A DNA stretch of 55,010 nt from a virus (Duplodnaviria; Caudoviricetes): the IMG/VR virus record IMGVR_UViG_3300042466_000463, positions 1 through 55,010 of that record; one strand, given 5' to 3'. Position numbers and translations under genes: made by a program. The notes below the pieces were generated by a model. It had not been told where the DNA came from, searched no databases, and saw only the letters and a list, made by a program, of their open reading frames with translations. Within the stretch, counting starts at the first letter, position 1, and each line of letters opens with the position of its first letter. This document shows, piece by piece, positions 1 to 7,817 of this stretch.

Positions 1-86
1 TCCCTTAAATCATTTACCTGAATCCTAGCTATAACAAGGAATACAAGTAAAACAGCCCATAATAAATACCCTGCAATTTTTTTCAT
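1..86 (-). CDS. Small membrane protein, 5' part only (runs off window)
   Basis: ATG at 86; reads MKKIAGYLLWAVLLVFLVIARIQVNDLR, a hydrophobic N-terminal helix; not in the ORF track. Confidence 0.6.
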   Translation of the reverse strand, partial: MKKIAGYLLWAVLLVFLVIARIQVNDLR

Positions 87-105
87 ATGTTATTGATTTA
101 GTTCG

Positions 106-206
106 TAGTCAGGACAGGATTCGAACCTGTATGAAGAGATTTGTTTTTGTGGTGTAAGATTCTCTTCTAACCAACAATTAGCGTCTACCAATTCCGCCAC
201 CTGACT
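106..206 (-). tRNA. tRNA-like gene (Leu-type D arm) with aberrant anticodon arm and enlarged extra arm; probably non-decoding
   Basis: Minus strand: acceptor AGTCAGG/CCTGACT, D arm TGGCGGAATTGGTAGACGC, T arm ACAGG-TTCGAAT-CCTGT; the middle is irregular (CTAA-TTGTTGG-TTAG plus a GAAGAGA/TCTCTTC stem); no encoded CCA. Confidence 0.75.
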
Positions 207-210
207 ATGT

Positions 211-417
211 TGGTTGTTCTGGCACAACCATAAGCCCCTCTGCATTCTTTATGGGGATTATAACTTTCGGATAGATGGAAACCCAATGTCAAGAATGCTG
301 TGTCTACCGCAGCCACGAGGATATAGCACAAGCGTTATGTCCTCCTACTATCCCTATCTCTTATCCCTATACCTAATATGGTAATAGGCTAACATGCATA
401 GTACGTATATTACTATG
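211..417 (-). ncRNA. Candidate structured RNA upstream of the tRNA-like gene
   Basis: ORF-free; stems CATAGTA/TACTATG, GCCTA/TAGGT, GGATAG/CTATCC, ATAATCCCC/GGGGCTTAT, GGTTGT/ACAACC. Confidence 0.4.
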
Positions 418-420
418 ACA

Positions 421-627
421 TCAAATATTATTGTCTTGGGTAACTTCATTTTCTATATTTTCTTCGTATGACATAATCTTGAATGACCTTTTGTTTAACT
501 TTAAGGCGTCATTCATAAACAGTTGGAACTTCTTGTATATGTCGTCGTTATACCATAGGTAGTGGTATAGCCTAGCCATTTCCATTTGTCTTTCTAGTGG
601 CGTTAAGTCTTGAAATTTATTTTCCAT
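421..627 (-). CDS. Hypothetical protein
   Basis: 68-aa ORF in the tightly packed leftward operon. Confidence 0.7.
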   Translation of the reverse strand: MENKFQDLTPLERQMEMARLYHYLWYNDDIYKKFQLFMNDALKLNKRSFKIMSYEENIENEVTQDNNI

Positions 628-916
628 TGTTTTTATTTTTAATAGTGTAAGATATAATAGATATAGATAATATGTATGTCATCTTCTCATTGAATTGATA
701 ATCAGCCTCTTCTACGGTTATATGTTTTAATAATTCAGAATTTTTACCAGATAATATATTCCTCAACTCAATACAATAATCAATCTCATACTTATCAAAG
801 TAATGCTCTCTCGCAAAATCAAATACGTGATTGAAGAAATTATCTTTTACCCAATCATCATATACGTAATCAGCGTCTATCATATCCTCTTGTGGCCCAT
901 CATATAACTTACTCAT
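617..916 (-). CDS. Hypothetical acidic protein
   Basis: 99-aa ORF overlapping the next gene by 11 nt. Confidence 0.7.
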   Translation of the reverse strand: MSKLYDGPQEDMIDADYVYDDWVKDNFFNHVFDFAREHYFDKYEIDYCIELRNILSGKNSELLKHITVEEADYQFNEKMTYILSISIISYTIKNKNNGK

Positions 917-956
917 AAAATTAAATATTAATTGCTAAATAGCAATGTTTTAAATG

Positions 957-1583
957 TTAAAATTTTCCCCATTGTTGAGCGATAGCTTTTGCTATGCCTG
1001 GAAATGTCTTACTTCTTAATGTTCTTCTTTCTGCCGCTGTCTTGGCGTTCGCTAATGCATCTGCATACCATTTAGGATGCGATTTGCCGGACTTAAATAT
1101 AGTTCGCTCACCTTTTCCTACAACATTTGTAGGCTCTAATTTTGGTAGGTTTTTGAGCCAAAGACATGTGGTCTTGGTTGCCTCATCTCCGAACATCCAT
1201 GGCTGTATGATTTGGTCAGGCTTTCTAATTAGTGTAGATATAACTGACACCGGATTCTCTATGGCTATCCTAGGTATGTTGACATGCATTAAATCACTTA
1301 CGAAACCTATTGCTAAATCTCTCTGCTTATATCTATCTCTATTAGCAGTACCGTCTTTATTATACAGCCACCTAGCACCACTTACTGAAAGGTATGTGCA
1401 TGGCGGATGAGCAATCATTAAATCCCAATCCCTATCCACAAAATTAAAAACGTCTCCTTTAAGATGCCATTCAGGATGTCCGCCACTACAATCAAGTATG
1501 TCGCATGAGTACGCCTCATGACCTAGTGCCCTAAATTCTTTTGTTATTGTTTGGCTCTCTTCACAAGCCACAAGTACTCTCAT
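957..1583 (-). CDS. DNA cytosine-C5 methyltransferase (short phage type)
   Basis: N-terminal SAM-binding-type motif VLVACEESQ, catalytic HPPC, ENPV motif, C-terminal TFPGIAKAIAQQW. Confidence 0.85.
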   Translation of the reverse strand: MRVLVACEESQTITKEFRALGHEAYSCDILDCSGGHPEWHLKGDVFNFVDRDWDLMIAHPPCTYLSVSGARWLYNKDGTANRDRYKQRDLAIGFVSDLMHVNIPRIAIENPVSVISTLIRKPDQIIQPWMFGDEATKTTCLWLKNLPKLEPTNVVGKGERTIFKSGKSHPKWYADALANAKTAAERRTLRSKTFPGIAKAIAQQWGKF

Positions 1584-1586
1584 ATA

Positions 1587-1826
1587 TTAATGTATTGTTG
1601 GTAAGACCCCATTGGAGCCGTAAAATAGTACACCACCATCATTGCCTTCATCATCCATTGATAGCATACAAGACGTTCCGTCATCTAGAAAAAAGCATAG
1701 CGACCTACTACCCCAACCCATCATCTCCATTTCTTCATCGTTAAGGTATCTAGCCTCTACTATCTTTCTTCCTACTAATACTTCTTTGGCTTTCGTGTTC
1801 CAGGTTGATACGTAATCTTTACTCAT
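1587..1826 (-). CDS. Hypothetical phage protein
   Basis: 79-aa ORF with a DDEGNDGG motif; operon packing. Confidence 0.7.
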   Translation of the reverse strand: MSKDYVSTWNTKAKEVLVGRKIVEARYLNDEEMEMMGWGSRSLCFFLDDGTSCMLSMDDEGNDGGVLFYGSNGVLPTIH

Positions 1827-1836
1827 GGTAATAATT

Positions 1837-2016
1837 TTATTTATTAAAAAATTCAGCCTCTACTAAATCAAATTCCCATTTGCTTTCAGGAAGCTCCCCG
1901 TTATCTTCTCTTTCATTATTGTGCCTACGAAACCATTCATCAAAGGCTTTTGGAGAGTCAACAATAGCCTCTATACTGTTATCTTCTTTGTAAATAATCG
2001 CATACATTGTTTTCAT
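1837..2016 (-). CDS. Hypothetical 59-aa acidic protein (not in ORF track)
   Basis: ATG 2016 to TAA 1837; MKTMYAIIYKEDNSIEAIVDSPKAFDEWF...; fills the gap between its neighbours. Confidence 0.7.
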   Translation of the reverse strand: MKTMYAIIYKEDNSIEAIVDSPKAFDEWFRRHNNEREDNGELPESKWEFDLVEAEFFNK

Positions 2017-2018
2017 AT

Positions 2019-2543
2019 CTATGAATTTTGTTTTAAGATTAGCTGTCTCATGTCAGACTTAAAATTATTCGTACTTACTATATCTTCTAATGATTCAAAT
2101 TTGCCACCATAATACATATATTCATACGACGTATCAAGTTTTGCTATACTGTTTATATTGCTATCAAAATAAATCTTATCAGATTTTTGACGGCACGATA
2201 TATCAACATGCTCAGTAGTCTCTATATAGTATCTTTTGAATTGCTTTAATGTTGTTATACGAATATTAGAAGTCCATTTTTTATATGCTACCAAATCATA
2301 TTTAACTAAATCATCATTTATCCTTTTAATATCCTTGTCTACGTTATCGAGAAATATCTTTGTGTTTATAGTATTCTGCAATTCAATCTCGCTCCTTCTA
2401 ATCTTATCTGCATTCAGTTCCTTAATGAGTGTACTTAAATCTATAAGCCCACCTTCGTATGTCTTGTAATCATCATTAATCTTATTGAACTCATTAGTGA
2501 TTTGAGTTATAATATCTTGCTGGTTTTGTGTTAATTGATTCAT
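2019..2543 (-). CDS. Hypothetical protein
   Basis: 174-aa ORF with 2-nt spacing to its neighbours. Confidence 0.7.
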   Translation of the reverse strand: MNQLTQNQQDIITQITNEFNKINDDYKTYEGGLIDLSTLIKELNADKIRRSEIELQNTINTKIFLDNVDKDIKRINDDLVKYDLVAYKKWTSNIRITTLKQFKRYYIETTEHVDISCRQKSDKIYFDSNINSIAKLDTSYEYMYYGGKFESLEDIVSTNNFKSDMRQLILKQNS

Positions 2544-2545
2544 AA

Positions 2546-2821
2546 CTATTTTATTTTGTTTGTGTAAACTAATTTATCTTTATCTTCTGAATGTATTTCG
2601 CAAGTTGGCTCACCACCATTATCCTCGGGGTCCATACCTTCAAGCGTTTCATATAGATACTCCCAATCTAAATCATCATCATAACTTAGATTTTGCCGTG
2701 GGTCTGATTCTATTTGCTTGATTTTCTCCAATGCCTGCTCATAGCTTTCAGCCTCGATGCTGAACTTTAATCTTAACCATATTGTATTTTTCTCATCTTT
2801 GTAGAAGTCAAAAGTTTTCAT
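2546..2821 (-). CDS. Hypothetical acidic protein
   Basis: 91-aa ORF with an IEAESYEQA motif common in small phage early proteins. Confidence 0.7.
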   Translation of the reverse strand: MKTFDFYKDEKNTIWLRLKFSIEAESYEQALEKIKQIESDPRQNLSYDDDLDWEYLYETLEGMDPEDNGGEPTCEIHSEDKDKLVYTNKIK

Positions 2822-2823
2822 GT

Positions 2824-3033
2824 TTATTTATTTATATTATTAGAAAATTGCATATCCATTTGCACAACTTCATTTGACACCATCCAATTAGCATTGGATA
2901 GGTCTATGTACATATAACTTGTGGCGTACTCATCAACAGATGATATATCGCCCATGTCTTCCCAGCCGACCGGTAGCTTGTACTGTTTGACAGTTTTTTC
3001 TTCGTGGTCCATTACTACTAAATAATACTGCAT
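2824..3033 (-). CDS. Hypothetical protein
   Basis: 69-aa ORF; operon packing. Confidence 0.65.
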   Translation of the reverse strand: MQYYLVVMDHEEKTVKQYKLPVGWEDMGDISSVDEYATSYMYIDLSNANWMVSNEVVQMDMQFSNNINK

Positions 3034-3035
3034 AC

Positions 3036-3233
3036 TTAATCCGTTTTAGTGTTTTCAATTATAGAATAATATTTATCATATAGGTCATTGAATATATCCT
3101 GTGCCTCATCGGTATACTCTAACACATCTGCATTATCATCTTTATATATCTTTATAGAGTTCTCCCAATCTTGATGAAGCTTTTCACTAGCTAACTCACT
3201 AGCTAATTCTATTATGTTTATTGTTACGTTCAT
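3036..3233 (-). CDS. Hypothetical acidic protein
   Basis: 65-aa ORF; operon packing. Confidence 0.7.
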   Translation of the reverse strand: MNVTINIIELASELASEKLHQDWENSIKIYKDDNADVLEYTDEAQDIFNDLYDKYYSIIENTKTD

Positions 3234-3235
3234 AA

Positions 3236-4312
3236 TTAATTTAGTTGCTTTTGATTATTAGTAATATGCTTTTGAGCCGTATACATATCGTTCTCGTATA
3301 TGTCGAAGCATGATTTACATACTATCGCATCGAAGTCTTGCAAGTATTCGGCCTCTCCTACTTTTGATATGTTATTACAATCCTCGCATAAGAACTCATC
3401 ATCTTTTAGGTATGCCTTCTTCTTTGTGTCGAGCCCTAGCCAGTTATCGTATGAATCCCAATCGTATGAGTCATACTTTTTATCATTGGCGGTAGTGCTG
3501 CTCCACTTATTGTATCCACCATATCCACCATAATATCCTGTGCCATACCCATATGACCTATCTGCCTTATGCTTGTAAGTATCAGTCATAGTAGTCATAA
3601 TCTCATACACCATGAGCATACAGTTATTGACATCATCGAATACAACAATCTCATCATCGCTATGTGGATTGTAGTAACCGCAACTCATATTAGCAACCGA
3701 TACACCAACGCCATCGAGAGCAAGTTGGTAAACATCTGTCATGCCGCCATCGGAAAACTCATAGCCATAACGCTTGATGATAGTGAGCACATCATTAGAG
3801 AAGTCGGAACTCTGCAAGTCCAAGCCAAAGATGTTATTGACAAAATCTTTGTTACCCTTCCTATCACACTGCAATATAAATCTAACATCATCGAAGAATT
3901 CTAGCATGGCATCACTACTACCAACGCAACCCACCTCCTCATCACGAAAGAATACAACCTTTACATTGTCCAGGTGTTTGAGCATAGTAAGGCACACGAA
4001 TATACCTACCTTATCATCGCCACCGCAACCACTAGGCATATTAAGCCCTCTATCGAAACCCATTGCACAATAGTCATCGTGCATAATCTTGAACCTATCT
4101 TGCGGTATAATCTTGTGCACTGTATCCATGTGAGAAACTATGCATGGGTATGAATCTGCCACACCTTTTGATGCATAGATATTTCCGTTATCCATAACGT
4201 AATCTATATTCATTTCATCAAGTCTATCCATGATGAAGTTCTCCATGTCAACAGAGTTGTAAGTTTCTGACTGAACGGATAGTATGTCTATTAGTAGTTG
4301 CTTGTTAAACAT
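3236..4312 (-). CDS. Zn-dependent M20/M28-type peptidase with C-terminal Zn ribbon
   Basis: SHMDTVH, GGDDKVG, DEEVGCVGS, CDRKG and GYYNPHS metal/catalytic motifs; Tyr/Gly linker; CEDC...CKSC. Confidence 0.85.
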   Translation of the reverse strand: MFNKQLLIDILSVQSETYNSVDMENFIMDRLDEMNIDYVMDNGNIYASKGVADSYPCIVSHMDTVHKIIPQDRFKIMHDDYCAMGFDRGLNMPSGCGGDDKVGIFVCLTMLKHLDNVKVVFFRDEEVGCVGSSDAMLEFFDDVRFILQCDRKGNKDFVNNIFGLDLQSSDFSNDVLTIIKRYGYEFSDGGMTDVYQLALDGVGVSVANMSCGYYNPHSDDEIVVFDDVNNCMLMVYEIMTTMTDTYKHKADRSYGYGTGYYGGYGGYNKWSSTTANDKKYDSYDWDSYDNWLGLDTKKKAYLKDDEFLCEDCNNISKVGEAEYLQDFDAIVCKSCFDIYENDMYTAQKHITNNQKQLN

Positions 4313-5939
4313 TTTCTTCTTCTTTTAATTGTTCTAAATATTCTTCAACGAAATCATTGTGTACCCAAACATATACCTCAACCTCTGTCATGCTCTCTCT
4401 GTGATACGTGCGGCCAGTATGAGCACACTCTTCTGCATCATCTTCGTGAATAGTATCTCCGTCATATGTTTCTTCTGTATCATCTACCCTGAAATACTCT
4501 CCTCTCGAATCAACATACACAATACTATCCGAACCTTCTGCATAATAGTCGAAGCCTACATTAATAGCATCTCTCTCTAATATCCTATATCCGTCTGCTG
4601 ACATTACCGTGTTGTCTATATGCGTAGTGCCACTCCAACTTACTTCATCAGTGCAATAGGATAAATAAACCGAATCCTCTTCACAAATAGTACGGTCGTC
4701 TAATTCATCGTACACGCCATTCTCTTCATAACCTCCGTCAGTACATCTTAATGTATGGGTATAGTCATAATCTCTATTAGATAATAACTTGTTGTTTTGA
4801 TTAAGGTACATCATCGTGTCCATGTACGGATACTCCGAGAAGTCAGCATCGTGTAACTTTACAACAGCCTCCCAATCGCTACAACTACCACCGGCATACA
4901 TATCGAACTCGTGATGATGGCATGACTGCTGGGACTTGTAATAGTAATCATTATCAATAGCCCACTTGACAAACACTTGCCTAACTCTGTCAGGAGAATA
5001 GATAGTATCCATTGCCTTCCTACCATTAGTACACTCCCATAACAAAGCCCTGCCTACAATCTTACCAAACGTATCTTTGGCTACTAACATCTTGATATTG
5101 TTTTCTACATATATGTCAAAGTAATCCTGACACGAGCCATACCGCATACACGAGCCCCATAAGTTACTGCCGCTATCTGCAAGTTCGCTGTAATTATTCT
5201 CATGATACCCCTTGCGTATGTCTTCGCCTGACAATACCTCTATGGATAGCGTTCTACCTTCTCCGTCTTCATCGCCATTGATACCTATGTATGACCTTAC
5301 CATATTACCGAACTGCTCGAAGTCCTTATCTGTCAGCGTAATCTTATGATACAACTCATCTCTTATCTCATCATCTTCATGTAGTATTTTTCTAGCTATC
5401 TTGCCTGGCTTCATCTCTTGTCTACCTTCACGTGCCCATCTGCCGCTATCATTAACAACGTGCGGCTTACCCTTTGGCAGATAAGAAAACATCTCTCCAC
5501 GCATAGTTACATAGTCGCAAAATAAATTCTTGTCAGAATAGTTAAGCATTAAGCTGGCTACTATACTATGATTCTCCAACTCCCTTAACATAAAGCGTGT
5601 TGATTCGCTGAATGTAACGAGCCTCTTCTCTCTAATCCTATACAACTCACGAACCCTAGCACGCTTATCCTCTTCCTTCTGCTCTTCGATAATCTCTTGA
5701 ATACGTTGAGCGTGCCTATGCTCTTCCGTATACTTATCATACAGTTCATTCCAATACTCGTGACCTTGTGGGGTATGACTCCAACGCATAGTCATAGTAA
5801 TAGCTTGGGCCATTGATATGAATGTATCGCTCTCTTCATATATATTAGAATGAGAGCATCTACCACTACTTACATTTTCCAGGGCCTGAGTCCTATACGG
5901 CTCAGGTAGTTCATTGAACCATTCTACATAAGTCTTCAT
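4305..5939 (-). CDS. SCM-motif protein (possibly PcfJ-related) with acidic C-terminal repeats
   Basis: GSCMRY, GRALLW, MDTIY and YPYMDT motifs; N-terminal W..TPQG.EYW module; overlaps the peptidase start. Confidence 0.65.
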   Translation of the reverse strand: MKTYVEWFNELPEPYRTQALENVSSGRCSHSNIYEESDTFISMAQAITMTMRWSHTPQGHEYWNELYDKYTEEHRHAQRIQEIIEEQKEEDKRARVRELYRIREKRLVTFSESTRFMLRELENHSIVASLMLNYSDKNLFCDYVTMRGEMFSYLPKGKPHVVNDSGRWAREGRQEMKPGKIARKILHEDDEIRDELYHKITLTDKDFEQFGNMVRSYIGINGDEDGEGRTLSIEVLSGEDIRKGYHENNYSELADSGSNLWGSCMRYGSCQDYFDIYVENNIKMLVAKDTFGKIVGRALLWECTNGRKAMDTIYSPDRVRQVFVKWAIDNDYYYKSQQSCHHHEFDMYAGGSCSDWEAVVKLHDADFSEYPYMDTMMYLNQNNKLLSNRDYDYTHTLRCTDGGYEENGVYDELDDRTICEEDSVYLSYCTDEVSWSGTTHIDNTVMSADGYRILERDAINVGFDYYAEGSDSIVYVDSRGEYFRVDDTEETYDGDTIHEDDAEECAHTGRTYHRESMTEVEVYVWVHNDFVEEYLEQLKEEENV

Positions 5940-5973
5940 AACATTTGATTTATAGGTTTAGAAATTTAAGTGA

Positions 5974-6312
5974 TTAATTTATTGTTACATCGGTAGGAAG
6001 TTCAGGATATTTGTAATCCTCCCACCACTCCGCACCGTCATACTCTCTTCTATCTAACCAAACTCCATTTGTTAGCCACACTACACCAAACAAACCCTGA
6101 ATACCGTATCCATTTTGATATTCAAAATCAAGCTTGGATAAGAAGAAATCAAACTCTTCATCTATATAACCCTGTTTTAATTCAAAGCGTTCTTCTCCAA
6201 GGCTTACACTGGCAGCACTACCAAAGTAAATACTAGCACATAATACTTCTGCATTATGTTTCTTCTTAACATCGTTTAGCACTTCCAATAACTCTTCCTT
6301 TGCATTTATCAT
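5974..6312 (-). CDS. Hypothetical phage protein
   Basis: 112 aa; GYG...G.VW...G.W..R.EYDG.EWW pattern. Confidence 0.75.
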   Translation of the reverse strand: MINAKEELLEVLNDVKKKHNAEVLCASIYFGSAASVSLGEERFELKQGYIDEEFDFFLSKLDFEYQNGYGIQGLFGVVWLTNGVWLDRREYDGAEWWEDYKYPELPTDVTIN

Positions 6313-6318
6313 AGCTTT

Positions 6319-6627
6319 TTATTTAGAGGTTTTAGATTTTAATTTACTTGAATACAATCTTCCGTCTACCATGTCTTCTTTATTAATTCCGTTAGCGAGT
6401 TCCAATCCTTTCTTGTATCTATCTATCTCTTCATTAAGCTCATTTACTACAAACTCCTTAGCCTCCTCAAAACTTCTCAGGTACTTGCAATCGTCTTCGT
6501 AATAATCTAAATCAAACTTATATTCATCCTCATCTTTTATATGCACTTCTATTATTGCATATTTTAGTTTATCGTAACTTCCATAATCTTCATTAAAGGT
6601 TACTTCGTATGCTAATACTTTTTTCAT
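6319..6627 (-). CDS. Hypothetical acidic protein
   Basis: 102-aa ORF. Confidence 0.7.
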   Translation of the reverse strand: MKKVLAYEVTFNEDYGSYDKLKYAIIEVHIKDEDEYKFDLDYYEDDCKYLRSFEEAKEFVVNELNEEIDRYKKGLELANGINKEDMVDGRLYSSKLKSKTSK

Positions 6628-6637
6628 AGCTTTTTAT

Positions 6638-6742
6638 TTAGAGGTTTAGAAATTTATCCGTGTATCCCGTTTCGCTTTTTCTTGCGTCTCTTACTATCAG
6701 TATGGCAAACACTACTGACATGATGGGTATTACTACTAGCAT
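6638..6742 (-). CDS. 34-aa single-TM peptide (not in ORF track)
   Basis: MLVVIPIMSVVFAILIVRDARKSETGYTDKFLNL; start overlaps the upstream stop. Confidence 0.5.
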   Translation of the reverse strand: MLVVIPIMSVVFAILIVRDARKSETGYTDKFLNL

Positions 6743-6855
6743 GTTACTTTCTTTTTAGTGAATAAAGATTTTACCGCAGCGCCTACAATGAACAGACCTA
6801 ACCCAATAAATAAAGTAAACAGCGTATCGTGTACGATGTGCAATAGATTTGACAT
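6736..6855 (-). CDS. 39-aa single-TM peptide (not in ORF track)
   Basis: MSNLLHIVHDTLFTLFIGLGLFIVGAAVKSLFTKKKVTC; starts 3 nt after the upstream stop. Confidence 0.55.
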   Translation of the reverse strand: MSNLLHIVHDTLFTLFIGLGLFIVGAAVKSLFTKKKVTC

Positions 6856-6858
6856 AGC

Positions 6859-7062
6859 TTAATTGTTATTGATGATAAAATTTAATTCTTCTTTTAACCG
6901 CTTGACACATAGCTTTTTAGTAAAGTATGCCTTATCTCCTGGCTGACCGTCTATTTTGTATTCCCATATAGTACCCCTATGAGTTCTATGGCTACTTACA
7001 GAAATAAAAAAGCCGGATACTATTGTTGTATAGTTGCCGGCTCCAACCCTTCTAAATATCAT
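6859..7062 (-). CDS. Hypothetical basic protein
   Basis: 67-aa ORF. Confidence 0.6.
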   Translation of the reverse strand: MIFRRVGAGNYTTIVSGFFISVSSHRTHRGTIWEYKIDGQPGDKAYFTKKLCVKRLKEELNFIINNN

Positions 7063-7073
7063 GTGCTTACATT

Positions 7074-7280
7074 TTAGAATCTTTTAAGTTTATTTTTCCT
7101 TACATCTTTATAGCTGTAATAATAAAGCGCACTTGATAAGTAGCCTAATATAGATGCCATTGTAATTACTCCAAAGCTAACTGCTCCGACCTCCAATGTT
7201 GCAAATAATAATAGGATAATAAATGTAGTAACTATTGCCAATGCAACAGATACTAATAAGTAAGATTGACTTTCCTTCAT
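7074..7280 (-). CDS. Two-TM membrane protein (likely start MKESQ at 7280)
   Basis: Two hydrophobic helices; AT-rich leader; the longer ORF-track start lies inside the terminator. Confidence 0.65.
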   Translation of the reverse strand: MKESQSYLLVSVALAIVTTFIILLLFATLEVGAVSFGVITMASILGYLSSALYYYSYKDVRKNKLKRF

Positions 7281-7351
7281 GTGTTTAATTTTAATGATTA
7301 AATAAAATAGCGCCATACTATAATTGAATATCACGGCTTTACCGGCATGGC

Positions 7352-7392
7352 TATAAAAAGAAAGGAGCAAAGAAATTAATCTTTGCCCCTTC
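7352..7392 (-). terminator. Intrinsic terminator (leftward)
   Basis: Minus strand AAGGGGCAAAGA-TTAATT-TCTTTGCTCCTT followed by TCTTTTT. Confidence 0.75.
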
Positions 7393-7397
7393 TAATA

Positions 7398-7806
7398 TAT
7401 GTTTATGTTTGTTTATAGTCGACTCATATATTTTGCTATCAATATTGACCTTCGACTCGTATACCTTCACGCGTCTACACTCCTAATGTAGCCGATGCTT
7501 GACTTATATACAATTACGAACTCCCCTACATATATGTATATGTAGCGTAATGATTCAGGCACTAATGAAATACCTAAAAAAGTATTTCGGTTAATTAGTG
7601 TTTATCCTAATTGGATTCACTTTGCTAAATTGCAAAGTAAAGGGACAATAATTTCAAAGATTCAATAAAATTTATAGGCTTATGCTATCTATGTGCAGCG
7701 GCTATAAACATACGGCAATTTTTAGAGCGAAATTGCATAAACTATTGGGGGGTATATAAATATCCGATATTTGCAGCGGTCTATTTGCAACCGCTTAATA
7801 TACCCC
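7398..7806 (+). ncRNA. Large multi-hairpin structured non-coding element (RNA or ssDNA)
   Basis: Closing stem 7410-7421/7699-7710; hairpins at 7471-7498, 7513-7551, 7557-7603, 7604-7616, 7619-7638 and 7715-7736; three-way junction 7749-7806; wobbles are G-T on the + strand. Confidence 0.7.
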
Positions 7807-7817
7807 GAAAAAACGCC

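Larger units (their letters stand above)
5954..6656 (-). repeat. Repeated gene-leader motif (3 copies)
   Basis: tcatagctttttatttagaggttt is identical at 6309-6332 and 6624-6647; aggtttagaaattta is identical at 5954-5968 and 6642-6656; each copy lies just upstream of an ATG. Confidence 0.85.

Noticed and set aside
106-206. tRNA-like sequence as a prophage att site
   Set aside because: No integrase or host genes in the window; phage-like genes continue on both sides
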